Below are positions 1 through 11,954 of a DNA stretch of 64,000 bases, piece after piece. This stretch comes from Mobula hypostoma (taxonomy: Eukaryota), in NCBI RefSeq assembly GCF_963921235.1, contig NC_086097.1, positions 109,680,001 through 109,744,000 of the forward strand. The letters are read 5' to 3'. The position numbers and the translations under genes are program-made. Every line of letters starts with the position of its first letter. The stretch's first letter is position 1. The notes below the pieces were generated by a model that was given only the letters and a program-made list of their open reading frames with translations, was not told where the DNA came from and searched no databases.

Positions 1-439
1 TACACTACCATTGAACATGTTTTTTTTATGCCAGTTATAAAAGACAGTGCCTCGCAGCTTATACCTCAAAACTATTACTTGCCGCTTATCAGCTAGAGCT
101 GGAACTTTGTTTAGGATTTGCTGTATGCAATTACTGACTGCTTTAATTCCAGCGGCAGAATAATTCCATTCAGCGTTCTTATCACTCAATCCTGCCGACT
201 TGTCCCCGAACACCTGTCAGAAGAAAATACCCTGTGTTCCCTTCATCCTTACTTCATTCTCCTTACTCTTTAACTGTTACAGTTTCCTCTTCCTCATCTA
301 CTTACTCTTTTTTAAAAATCTTTTATAGTGTCCCCAAGTAACCACGTTTTACCTTACTCAGTACCGTCCTTTATCTATCGTTATCTCTTGTCCTTACAGA
401 CAAGCTGAGCTGAAGGCATACTGCCCCTTTCAGTTCCAA

Positions 440-700
440 GATTCAGATACAGATTCAAATCCATTTATATTCCCAGACTGCTTCAATAACTTTGTGGTTT
501 GATGTTTTATATTCTGCGTTTTTCACTCGTTTTTTGCCGTTTGCATGATTTCTTCTTCTTTTTGCATGTTAGATGTTTGATGTTTTTCTTTGAATGGGTT
601 TCATGGTGTTTCTTTGTTTCGTGGCTGAGTCTGGGAAGAAGAATCTCAGGGTTGTATACTGAATATATACTTCAATGATATTTGTACTTTGAACTTTGAA
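440..700 (+). mobile_element. 3' part of a non-autonomous retroposon (LINE-tail family)
   Basis: Ends AAGAATCTCAGGGTTGTATAC...TGAACTTTGAA; related tails at ~2060-2112, ~6827-6892 and ~35365-35430. Confidence 0.5.
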
Positions 701-2405
701 ACATACGGTGAAATGCATTATTTGTGTTAACATCCCACACAGCCTAAGGATGTGCTGGAGGCAGCCTGAAAGTGTCACCACACATTCCACCGCCATCATG
801 GCATGCCCATTACATTTGCAGAACAGGCAAGTGGTAACACAATAACAAAAGAACAGCAGTATCGAAACCACAGCAAAACAAGCGCTTGACCTACCTAAAA
901 CCCACTCGTCCACGTTTACACACAGACAGTTATCTAACATAGGACAGGCCATTTCTAGGCCTCCAGCACCAGTGGACTTATAGTCTCGCAGACACAGGGA
1001 ATTCCCCAAGGGACTCACAGACTTCAACCATGAGGCCTCAACTTCGGGACTTCTAATCAACCCTGAAGCTTCAGTCAGTCTTTGGCATCGACCCCAGGAA
1101 TTGCCAACGCATGAGGACTCCGAATGAGGATCCTGATCTTCAGGCCTCAAAGTCTGGACTTGCTGATGATGGGACCCCAAACACTAGGCCTCGAACTCTG
1201 GTCTTGCTGACTGGAGTACCTAGGGGTTCAGCATCCCTCATGCCTCCTGCATGATCCCAGTACCTGCTGACAACTCACTGGTACAAAGGCTCTAGAGAGC
1301 AGCTTCTTCAAGCTGATCTGCAGAAACAGTTTAATGCCCACCTTTAATTTCTCTTCTTTTTCATTTTCAAGGTGGATGGGTTCTGTCAGTAACTTTGACC
1401 TGCAGATGCATTCAGACAGCAATGATTCCCACTCCAGGGGCTCACTGGCTGGCCATTTTTCAATATTCCAAGGGCACAGCCTAGAAGACAAGCACGCCTT
1501 TGGGGTTCTAAGGCTTTGCAGCCCTGTGGATGAGCTGATTCTTTGTGGTGCTGCCAACTGAAGTGTTGCAGGAGTAAACGGAATATCGGGAACACCAGAT
1601 CTGCTTTCAGAGGTCTCTGTGGTTGGCGAACCGTTCTCTCTCTTTCTCTCGTTAGTGGGGGAGAGTTTCCTACCGATTCTTGAGTTGGAGAACTCAAAAA
1701 AGCGATCAGCAGACTTTAACACTGTAAATCAGTGAGTTGTTTTTGTTGGTCTCCCCTCTCACTGTATGACACCTCCCTGCCTCTTTATTAGGGGGAGAGA
1801 GAGAGCATGTGGTATGTTGAATTGTTGGGTGAACGATTGGATTTTCTGTACTGCAGATCATGGTCTTTCTTGGGGGCTTTGCTTTTGCTTGCTTGGTGGG
1901 TGGAGGGTGCAGATGCTTTTTTGCTTACATAAGTGGTGGAGGAGGAGGGTCGATGCTTTGCTGCTGTGTGTGCAAGAGAGGCAGGGAAGGAGGCTTTGGG
2001 GTACTAATGTTTTCACTGACATTCTTGCTCTTCTGTTTTTGTGGATGTCTGTGAAGAGCAAGAACTACAGGTTGTATATTGTGTACATTCTCTGATATTA
2101 TATTGAACTATTGTACCTGTGGAGGCCACCAGCCCTCATTGCCACTGATCTGCTGGCCTGACATCAGACCATGGATGTCCTTCACCACACATCCACATTG
2201 CTGGCCTTCAAACACAGAGCAGGGAGTGGAGGACAAGAATCCAGCCATGACCTCTAATTTCCACATATTCCTGTCGCTAAACTCCAACCTGACCCCTGAC
2301 TTCCCTCTCTCCCCAAAACCATCCCTACAAACCTAAAAAAAAAACAATTACAGTACTTCTGAGCCACAGTCTCACTGGAGACTGCAGCTAGGCACCATTT
2401 TGACA
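700..2405 (-). mobile_element. Non-autonomous retroposon, interrupted by a plus-strand element at ~1330-2112
   Basis: Segment GTGAAATGCAT..GGATGTGCTGG..GCAGCC is shared with 11712-11800 and 14985-15110; the GAGACTGCAGCT head is shared with ~15500; 5' end reads CAAAATGGTGC on the minus strand. Confidence 0.45.
1330..2112 (+). mobile_element. Non-autonomous retroposon, same family as 5675-6892
   Basis: Shares GGTCTCCCC.., ATCATGGTCTTT..GGGGGCTTTGCT and the CAGGTTGTATAT..CTCTGATATTA tail with 5675-6892. Confidence 0.5.
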
Positions 2406-2559
2406 TCTTGGGATTCTTGAGTGGAGCCCGCAGTGTCAGGTGCATGCAGCCAACACTTCCTGCTGTCAATGCCTGCTATCCTAAAAAAAATCCCCTTACT
2501 CATTCTGCTGGCTGGCTCCTACCCATGGGGAATAAATAAGATGGAATCAACTTGCTCTT

Positions 2560-2712
2560 CACTAGCTCTTCTTTCAGTTAGTCCTGACGAAGGGCCTCGG
2601 CCCGAAACGTCGACTGTACCTCTTCCTAGAGATGCTGCCTGGCCTGCTGCGTCCACCAGCAACTTTGATGTGTGTTGCTTGAATTTCCAGCATCTGCAGA
2701 ATTCCTTGTGTT
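2560..2712 (+). mobile_element. Penelope-like element 3' terminal fragment
   Basis: Near-identical to the reverse complement of 53407-53555. Confidence 0.85.
2580..2615 (+). ncRNA. Minimal type I hammerhead ribozyme motif
   Basis: AGTC-CTGACGA-A-GGGCC-TC-GGCCC-GAAA-CGTC-GACT: stem I AGTC/GACT, intact core, perfect stem II, GUC cleavage triplet. Confidence 0.8.
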
Positions 2713-2769
2713 CAATGGAAATAAACTGGCTTTCCCAGAACAATAAACAAGTCCAGGTGTGACCAACAG

Positions 2770-4341
2770 AAGGTTATTTTAATTGCAAAGAAACAATCCC
2801 AGTTGAGGTCAGAGACAGAATATGATGCACATCAGCTCCAACAAGTTTTGCAGGCCATCACCTCTACAATGCAAAACCTAACATCATGAATGGCTGTGAC
2901 GCTTCACTCCCAAATGAGCTCAACATCTTTTATACATGCTTTGAAAGGGAGAATAAAATGACACCCGTGTGAATCCTTGAAGCATCGGGTGACCCTGTGA
3001 TCTCTGTCGCAGAGGCCGACATCAGAACATCTATCAAGAGCGTGAACCCTCACATTCCTGATGGTGTTCCTGGGAGGACTCTGAAAATCTGTGCCAACCA
3101 AATTTTGGGAGCATTCAAGGACATCTTCAATCTCTCACTGCTGCAGTCGGAGTTTCCCACCAGCTTCAAAAGGGCGACAATCATACCAGTGCACAAGAAG
3201 GGCAGGGCGAGCTGCTTCAACAATCATCACCCAGCGGCACTCACGTCTACTATCGTGAAGTGCTTTCAGAGGTTAGTCTTGGCCAGGATCAACTCCTGCC
3301 TAAGCAAGGACTTGGACCTGCTGCAATTTGCCAATTGCCACAATAGGTCTATGGTGGATGCAGTCTCACTGGCTCTGAGTTCAGCTTTGGATCTCTTGGG
3401 CAATAGTAATACCTACATACTTCAAAGATGCATGCTTAGTCACTACTCTACTCTCACTACACCCATGACTGTGTGTCTAGGCACAGCTCGAATGCCATCT
3501 ATACATTTGCTGATGATAACTATTGTTGGTAGAATTTCAGATAGTGAGGAGGAAGTGTACAAGAGTGAGATAGGTCAGCTGGTTGAGTGGTGTCACAGCA
3601 ACAAACTTTGCACTAAATGTCAGTAAGACTAAGGAATTGATTGTGAACTTCAGGAAGGGTAAGTCAAGGGAACACACACCAGTTTTCATCGAGGGATCAG
3701 AAGTGAAAAGGGTGAGCAGTTTCAAGTTCCTGGGTGTCAGCATTTCTGAAGATCTACCCTGGGTCCAACATGTTGATGTAATCACAAAGAAGGCACGACA
3801 GCAGCTATATTTCATGAGGAGTTTGAGGAGAATCGGGTATGTTACCAAAGACTGTCACAATTTTTCACAGATGTACTGTGGAGAGCATTCTCACTGGTTG
3901 CATGTCTGTCTGATACGGAGGGCCTCTAGCCAGGGTTGGAAAATGCTGCAGAAAGTTGTAAACTCAGCCAGCTCCATCAAGGCATTGGCCTCCCCAATAT
4001 CCAGGACAGCTTCAAAAGGCGATTCTTTAAAAAGATTCTCCCCCATCACCCCCTTCTCAATGCTAACCTCGAGGAGGAGGTACAGGAGCCTGAAGACACA
4101 CTCCCAACATTTTAGTAGCAGCTTCTTCCACTCTGCCATGAAATTTCTGAATGGACAATGAACTCATGAACACTAACTCAATTTTTTGCATTATTTTTGT
4201 TTCTTTTTCGCATTATTTATTTAATTATTTTTTGACATATATTTCTAATTGTAATTTATAGTTTTTATTGTTATGTATTGAAATGTATTGCTGCCACAAG
4301 GCAACAAATTTCATGGCATATTAAACATGTTTCTGATTCTG
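2770..4341 (+). mobile_element. Rex1/Babar-like LINE, decayed RT region and 3' end
   Basis: ORFs 2997-3626 and 3583-4161 contain PDGVPGRTLK, DIFNLSLLQS, LNVSKTKELIVNFRK and FKFLGVSIS; GATTCT-type tail. Confidence 0.8.
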
Positions 4342-4689
4342 AAGTCTTAATTCTGGTACATTGGCATAAATGGAAATTAGAAACCTACTTACATAAGATT
4401 GTTTATATTCCTTTCCCAGTTTAGTTTTAAAGTTACTTTAAGTGAAACTGCATGTTATGAAGGCCAATAATAAATATACAACAGTTAAAATCTCTTATTA
4501 CACTTCCGAACTGGGTTCCCTTACTGAATTTACCAGCAGATGTCAGTATGTTACAAGATAAAGCTCCAATTTGCATGAATCGAATTTCTTACTGATTGAA
4601 GTACTTCCAGTTTGCTGCTTTTAAACACGGTAACGTCCATTATAATAATGAGCCTGTTTGCCTTATTATTTCTAAAATAGATCACTTTC

Positions 4690-5480
4690 TGTAAAGGAGG
4701 AGCTGACAAGCAATATTGAGGCTCTGGTTAAGAAAAATAGGGACCTAGTTCACCGTGCATAAGGAATTTGGACCTAGTGAATTTGTTGATGACCACAAGA
4801 AGTGTACAAGTGCACTTAAGAGGGCAAAGAGGCTATTGGAAGGATATGGCAGGCAAAGTGAAAAAAAATCCTAAGAGATTGAATAGATACCTTTAGAATA
4901 AAGGGTTGCTATGGAGAGACTAGGTCATTCTAAAGATTAGCATGACTGCCTGTGTGTAGAACCAAAGGAAATGGGTGAGATTTTTAAAGAATATTTTCCT
5001 TCAGTTTTTACAGTGGAGTGAACAATGGAAGCGACAGGAATCACTGGCAATATCTTGGGTCACATATACAAATTAGCAGGGAGTCGGTATTGGAGGCTAT
5101 ATAGTGCATTGAGAGGAAGAAGTCCCCAGCATTTGAGCTTTATAGGAAGCTAGAGAAGAATTGATGGAAGCTCTAGCAGAGAGCTGGGGGGGATTGTGAG
5201 GAACTGGATCAACAAACACTTGTAGAGTCTGATTCAGGACACTCAGCATGGCTATAAGCATGTTTAGTTACGTGTGACAATCCTATTGGAGTTCTTTTAA
5301 GGATGTAGCCAAGAGGGTAGATGAGGATAGGGCAGTGAATGTTGTCTACAGAAAATCCTTTGACAAGTCGCTCATGTCAGGCAGGTCTGGAAGGTTAGAC
5401 TGCATGGGATCCTGAAGGATTCAAACTACATTTATTATCAAAGAGATAATAGATTGGAATCCTAATTGGCTCAGAGGCAG
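4690..5480 (+). mobile_element. Old CR1 LINE, segment 1 (continues at 7201-7983 and 11295-11425)
   Basis: Degenerate RT-region motifs (CAGCATGG, TTTGACAAG, GGTAGATGAGGATAGGGCAGTG). Confidence 0.65.
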
Positions 5481-5674
5481 GTTGCACTAAAGTGGCCACT
5501 GAGTGTATATTTGTGATGGTCTGCTGCTGTTGCCCATCCATTTCAAGGTTTGACATGTCGTGCTCTTCTGCACTCCACCGTTGTAAGGTGTGGTTATCTG
5601 AGTTATTGTCACCTTCCTGTCAGCTTGAACCAGTCTAGCTATTCTCCTGTCATTGACAAAGCATTCTTCTCTTT

Positions 5675-5948
5675 ACTGTCTCTTCTTTCCTTTTCACAGT
5701 GTCTGGGGTCCTGTCGGAGTCTGTGATCTACAGCTGCACACAAACTGTGGTTCTTCAGGATGGTGGGTTCCCACTCCGAGAGCTCGTTGAGCGGCGTTTT
5801 TGATATCCCCAGGAGCAGCCTGGAAGATGTGCATCTTTGGGGTGTGGCCCTGTGGACAATCTGAATCATCGCTGGTATCACTGACCAGTGCATTGCGGGA
5901 GATTGGAACATTGAGACAGTGTGTGCAGCTGTCAAAGACCTCTGCACT

Positions 5949-5987
<39 letters not shown>

Positions 5988-6892
5988 CACCCCTCTCTCC
6001 CCTCTCTCCCCTCAAGAGTGAGTTTATGCCAATTCTTGAGTCAGAGAAACACAGAATAAAGCGAGTCTGCAGACTGTAATATCAACAGTGAGCTGTTGGT
6101 CTCCCCCCTTGCTGTGGCAGGGGTGCTACCTCTCTCTCCTAGAGAGAAAGCCTGTGGGATGAGGAACTGCTGGTTTTTGATGGACTCTGGATCATGGTCT
6201 TTTTGGGGGCTTTGCTATTGCTTGCATGGTGGGTGGTGGGGCTGATGCTTTTGCTGAGGTGGGTGGGGGAGGGTTGATGCTTCACTGCTGCTTGTGTGTG
6301 GGAGGGGGAGGGGGCTTTTGGGTTTTAACATTTCTCTGTCATTCATTCTTGGGGGCTTTTCTTCTGTTTCATAGATCCTGTGGAGAGTCGTCTTGTCGCC
6401 GTGGCTATCCCTCGAGGTCGAGGATGATGGTCTTCGTTCTGAAGAAGTGACCCACAGAGTGAAGACGCCTGTGCATGTATTTGTTTAATGTGTACTTGAT
6501 GTTGCACTCCAAGAAGCACACGATACTTCACAAATCAACCAACTGATTCCAATGGCATGGAAACCATGGCGATTGGAGCTGATGGATTTGTTGCAGCCTT
6601 CATCTGCCTTCACAGCCATTGAGTTCGAAATAACTTCGTCCGCCTGTTCCACGGTTGAGGTCTTGGTTGGATTGTTCTTTGTCAGGGATCTCACCCTCGA
6701 CCTTACTGCCATGGGTGACCCTACCAGGAGCATAGCTCCAGACGGCATTGCTCTCGGGATCACAGGACCACACAAGCCTCTCCACCGCAACAAGGTGACA
6801 ATCCACAGAGAAGACCTGTGGAGAGTAAGAATTTCAGGTTGTATATATATACTGTTTCTGCTCTGATATTAAATGGAGCCATTGAACCATTG
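5675..6892 (+). mobile_element. Non-autonomous retroposon inserted in the Tc1 relic
   Basis: Homologous to 1330-2112; contains a (TC)n tract at ~5952-5982; tail CCATTGAACCATTGA. Confidence 0.55.
6389..6814 (-). mobile_element. Bipartite non-autonomous RTE (Expander/Rex3-like 5' UTR joined to an RTE 3' end)
   Basis: 12-bp TSD CCTGTGGAGAGT (6377-6388 / 6815-6826); 5' GTCACCTTG..GGTGGAGAGGCTTG..GGAGCTATGCTCCTGGTAGGGTCACCCATGGC; 3' CATCCTCGACCTCGAGGGATAGCC. Confidence 0.75.
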
Positions 6893-7200
6893 ACCTGTTG
6901 CTCACTGGATTTTTTTTTTGTTTTTTGCTCCATTTTCTAAAACCTCTGGAGATTGACACGTGTGAAAATCACAGGAGGTCAGCAGTTTCTCGAAAAACCC
7001 CTTCTGGTACCAACAAACATTCCATGGTCAAAGTCACTTAGGTCTTATTTCTTCTCCATTCTGATGTTTAGTGTGAACAACCACTAAATCTCTTAAACAT
7101 ATCTGGATACTTTTATGCAATGAGTTTCTGCCACATGATTAGATATTTGCATTAAAAAACAGGTGTATAGGTGTACTGAACAAAGTGTCCACTGAATGTA

Positions 7201-7983
7201 CAAATGATTTAGACGTGAATGTGCAACCCATGTTTGTAAGTCTGTGGATTATATTTAAATAGGTGGTTTGTAGAAGGTTATGAAAAATTGTAGGAGGACC
7301 TTAATCAGCTGGATGTGTGGGCTGAGGGTTGGCAAATGACTTGCAACCCAAGTAAATTGCTATCATATTTTGGGAGATCAAACCAGGGTATGACTTGTAC
7401 TTGTAGGACCCTGAAGAGTGATATGGAATAGAAGGACCTAGATGGGCAAAACCATAGTTTCCTGAAAGCAGTATCATAGGTAGATGGGGTGATGAAGAAG
7501 GCATTTGGCATGGAGACTTCCATCAGTAAAGACGCTGAATATATGTCACTGTTGGGAATTTCTGTTACCATTGTACCGTATCTGACATTGGTGCAGCCTC
7601 ACTTGTGGTATTGTGTACATTTAAGACGCCCTATTACATGTTCTTAATCTAGAAAGGGTGCAGAAAAGGTTCACCAAAATGTCTGGACATGGAGGCAGAG
7701 TTACAAGATGAGGTTGTGTAGACCAAGACTTTACTCTCTGGAACATAGGAAATTGAGGGATTATCTGATAGAGGGCTATGGACAAGGTGAAAGCACATAA
7801 TCTTATTTCCCAGGAAAGAGGGTGCTAAGAACTAGGGGCAAAAGTTTAAGATCAGAGGTGACAGATTTATAAAGGACATCAAGGACCACTTCTTTACACA
7901 AAGGGTTGTGCGATTTTGGAATGAACTGCCAGAAATAGTGGTTGAGGAAGGCACATTGGCAGCATTTAAAATGTACCTAGATT
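7201..7983 (+). mobile_element. Old CR1 LINE, segment 2
   Basis: Decayed RT C-terminal motifs (TTCTTTACACAAAGGGTTGTG..TGGAATGAACTGCCAG). Confidence 0.7.
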
Positions 7984-10900
7984 AAGGTTAACCTCCAGGC
8001 TGAGTCGGTAGTGAAGAAAGCGAATGCAATGTTGGCATTCATTTCTAGAGGAATAGAGTATAGGAGCAGGGATGTGACGTTGAGGCTCTATAATGGTTGC
8101 ATAACACTAAGGGGCAGAAAATGCTGGTGGCAGTTGTGTACAGGCCACCTAACAGTAGTAGTGAGGTTGGGGATGGTATTAAACAGGAAATTAGAAATGT
8201 GTGCAATAAAGGAACAGCAGTTATAATGGGTGACTTCAATCTACATGTAGATTGGGTGAACCAAATTGGTAAAGGTGCTGAAGAAGAGGATTTCTTGGAA
8301 TGTATGCGGGATAGTTTTTTGAACCAACATGTCGAGGAACCAACTAGAGGGCAGGCTATTCTAGACTGGGTATTGAGCAATGAGGAAGGATTAATTAGCA
8401 ATCTTGTCGTGAGAGGCCCCTTGGGTAAGAGTGACCATAATATGGTGGAATTCTTCATTAAGATGGAGAGTGACATAGTTAATTCGGAAACAAAGGTTCT
8501 GAACTTAAAGAAGGGTAACTTTAAAGGTATGAGACGTGAATTAGCTAAGATAGACTGGCAAATGACACTTAAAGGGTTGACGGTGGATATGCAATGGGAA
8601 GCATTTAAAGATCGCATGGATGATCTACAACAATTGTTCATCCCAGTTTGGCAAAAGAATAAATCAAGGAAGGTAGTGCACCCGTGGCTGACAAGGGAAA
8701 TTAGGGATAGTATCAATTCCAAAGAAGAAGCATACAAATTAGCCAGAAAAAGTGGCTCACCTGAGGACTGGGAGAAATTCAGAGTTCAGCAGAGGAGGAC
8801 AAAGGGCTTAATTAGGAAGGGGAAAAAAGGTTATGAGAGAAAACTGGCAGGGAACATAAAAACTGACTGTAAAAGCTTTTATAGATATGTGAAAAGAAAA
8901 AGATTGGTTAAGACAAATGTAGGTCCCCTACAGACAGAAACAGGTGAATTGATTATGGGGAGCAAGGACATGGCAGACCAATTGAATAATTACTTTAGTT
9001 CTGTCTTCACTAAGGAGGACATAAATAATCTTCCGGAAATAGTAGGGGACAGAGGGTTCAGTGAGATGGAGAAACTGAGGGAAATACATGTTAGTAGGGA
9101 AGTGATGTTAGGTAAATTGAAGGGATTAAAGGCAGATAAATTCCTAGGGCCAGATGGTCTGCAACCCAGAGTGCTTAAGGAAGTAGCCCAAGAAATAGTG
9201 GATGCATTAGTGATAATTTTTCAAAACTCTTTAGATTCTGGACTAGTTCCTGAGGATTGGAGGGTGGCTAATGTAACTCCACTTTTTGAAAAAGGAGGGA
9301 GAGAGAAACCAGGAAATTATAGACCGGTTAGCCTAACATCGGTGGTGGGGAAACTGCTAAAATCAGTTATCAAAGATGTGATAACAGCACATATGGAAAG
9401 CGGTGAAATCATCGGACAAAGTCACCCCATGGATTTGTGAAAGGAAAATCATGTCTGATGAATCTCATAGAATTTTTTGAGGATGTAACTAGTAGTGTGG
9501 ATAGGGGAGAACCGGTGGATGTGGTATATTTGGATTTTCAAAAGGCTTTTGACAAGGTCCCACACAGGAGATTAGTGTGCAAACTTAAAGCACATGGTAT
9601 TGGGGATAAGGTATTGATGTGGATAGAGAATTGGTTGGCAGACAGGAAGCAAAGAGTGGGAATAAACGGGACCTTTTCAGAATGGCAGGCAGTGACTAGT
9701 GGGGTACCGCAAGGCTCAGTGCTGGGACCCCAGTTGTTTACAATATATAATAATGACTTGGATGAGGGAATTAAATGCTGCATCTCCAAGTTTGCGGATG
9801 ACACGAAGCTGGGCGGCAGTGTTAGCTGTGAGGAGGATGCTAAGAGGATGCAGGGTGACTTGGATAGGTTAGGTGAGTGGGCAAATTCATGGCAGATGCA
9901 ATTTAATGTGGATAAGTGTGAAGTTATTCACTTTGGTGGCAAAAACAGGAAAACATTATTATTTGAATGGTGGCCGATTAGGAAAAGGGGAGGTGCAATG
10001 AGACCTGGGTGTCATTATACACCAGTCATTGAAAGTGGGCATGCAGGTACAGCAGGCAGTGAAAAAGGCAAATGGTATGCTGGCATTTATAGCAAGAGGA
10101 TTGAGTACAGGAGTAGGGAGGTACTACTGCAGTTGTACAAGGCCTTGGTGAGACCACACCTGGGGTATTGAGTGCAGTTTTGGTCCCCTAATCTGAGGAA
10201 AGACATCCTTGCCATAGAGGGAGTACAAAGAAGGTTCACTAGATTGATTCCTGGGATGGCAGGACTTTCATATGATGAAAGACTGGATGAACTAGGCTTA
10301 TACTCGTTTCAATTCAGAAGATTGAGGGGGGATCTGATTGAAACGTACAAAATCCTAAAGGGATTGGACAGGCTAGATGCAGGAAGATTGTTCCCGATGT
10401 TGGGGAAGTCTAGAACGAGGGGTCACAGTTTGAGGATAAAGGGGAAGCCTTTTAGGACCGAGATTAGGAAAAACTTCTTCACACAGAGAGTGGTGAATCT
10501 GTGGAATTCTCTGCCACAGGAAACAGTTGAGGCCAGTTCATTGGCTATATTTAAGAGAGAGTTAGATATGGCCCTTGTGGCTAAAGGGATCAGCGGGTAT
10601 GGAGGGAAGGCTGGTACAGGGTTCTGAGTTGGATGATCAGCCATGATCATACTGAATGGTGGTGCAGGCTCGAAGGGCCGAATGGCCTACTCCTGCACCT
10701 ATTTTCTATGTATAAAGCACTGGTGAGATCTCACTTGGAGTACTGTGGGCAGTTTTGGTCTCCTTATTTAAGAAAGGATGTGCTGACGTTGGAGAGGGTA
10801 CAGAGAAGATTCACTAAATGATTCCAGGAATGAGAGGGTTAACATATGAGGAACATTTGTCCGCTCTTGGACTGTATTCCTTGGAGTTTAGAAGAATAAG

Positions 10901-11294
10901 TGGGGACCTCATAGAAACATTTTGAATGTTGAAAGGCATGGACAGAGTGGATGTGGTAAAGTTGTTTCCCATGATGGAGGAGTCTAGTATGAGAGGGCAT
11001 GACTTAAGGATTGAAGGGTGCCCATTCAGAACAGAAATGCGAAGAAATTTTTTTAGCCAGAGGGTGGTGAATCTATGGATTTTGTCGCCACAGGCGGTAG
11101 TGGAGGCCAAGTCAGTATTTAAGGCAGAGATTGATAGGTATCTGAGTAGCCAGGACATCAAAGGTTATGGTGAGAAGGCGGAGGAGTGGGACTAAATGGG
11201 AGAATGGATCGGCTCATGATAAAATGGCAGAGCAGACTCGATGGGCCAAATGACTGACTTCTGCTCCTTTGTCTTATGGTCTTATGGTCTTATG
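7984..11294 (+). mobile_element. 5'-truncated CR1 (7984-8093 and 10711-11294), split by a younger CR1
   Basis: Reading ...[16 protein letters not shown] is continuous across the insertion; (CTTATGGT)n tail at ~11272-11294. Confidence 0.8.
8094..10710 (+). mobile_element. Young 5'-truncated CR1 LINE (part of the endonuclease plus RT; frameshifted ORF2)
   Basis: ORFs 8097-9440, 9437-10171 and 10172-10627 contain GDFN, SDHN, YLDFQKAFD, GVPQGSVLGP and FADD; TSD TATAA (8089-8093 / 10711-10715). Confidence 0.95.
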
Positions 11295-11425
11295 AGTACA
11301 TGGATAGGAGAGGTTATGAGGGCTATTGTCCAAATGCAGGCAGATGTGACTACCTCACCTGGCAACACAGTCAGCATGGACTTGTCGGGCCGAAGGGCCT
11401 GTTTCCATGCCTTATGGCTCTATGA
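11295..11425 (+). mobile_element. Old CR1 LINE 3' end, segment 3
   Basis: TACATGGATAGG...GGGCCGAAGGGCCTGTTTCC CR1 3' UTR motif. Confidence 0.7.
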
Positions 11426-11543
11426 TATACTATCATTATTCAGATCTATTCCAGCACAATCCAATTGCCAGAGATAACCTAGATCAGCTTGCTGTATACT
11501 TTCTTTCTAATTATTTGTCCAATAGACCTTCTCCTGTCTCTTA

Positions 11544-11575
<32 letters not shown>

Positions 11576-11699
11576 CTCCTTTATTATCCTTGATATTGTG
11601 TCTCATGGGCTTTACCAAACAAATGGATACTCTCTTCTTGATAAGTTTTGAGTCAAGTTTATAAGCTTTTTGCAATATTTTTATATAAGCGAGAATAAA

Positions 11700-11954
11700 T
11701 TAGCTTTAATAATCACATATACACAGAAACATCAAAACACTCACAGTGAAATGCATTGTTTGCATCAATGACCAACAAGCTCCGAGGATGTGCTGGGGCC
11801 ATGCATGGGAATGCGGGAGCAAACTGGAGCAGCCGGAGGAAACCTACAGTCACAGGGAGAACGTACAAACTCCTTACAGACACAGGCAGGAATCGAACCC
11901 CAGTCGCTGGCACTATAAAGTGTCATGCTAACCATTATGCTACAGTGCCACCCT
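11700..11954 (-). mobile_element. tRNA-derived V-domain SINE
   Basis: A-box-like TAGCATAATGG, B box GGTTCGATTCC, V-domain-like GGAGTTTGTACGTTCTCCC..GGTTTCCTCCGG. Confidence 0.7.

Larger units (their letters stand above)
5481..7200 (-). mobile_element. Non-autonomous Tc1/mariner-like element (5481-5670 and 6893-7200) with nested insertions
   Basis: AAAGTG(G/T)CCACTGA(G/A)TGTA motif at ~5489-5505 and 7182-7200; the minus strand carries a decayed Tc1-type N-terminus (DLSDFDHGMFVG...ETADLL). Confidence 0.7.

Noticed and set aside
569..1722. 203-aa and 164-aa minus-strand ORFs as host genes
   Set aside because: They span non-autonomous repeats with homologues elsewhere in the window and show no recognisable domain.
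8478..8706. The CR1 deletion as a spliced intron
   Set aside because: A 1-nt shift gives a GT start, but the segment then ends in GG rather than AG.
8045..8737. Long antisense ORFs (also 55907-56455 and 57733-58368)
   Set aside because: Shadow frames of CR1 ORF2.
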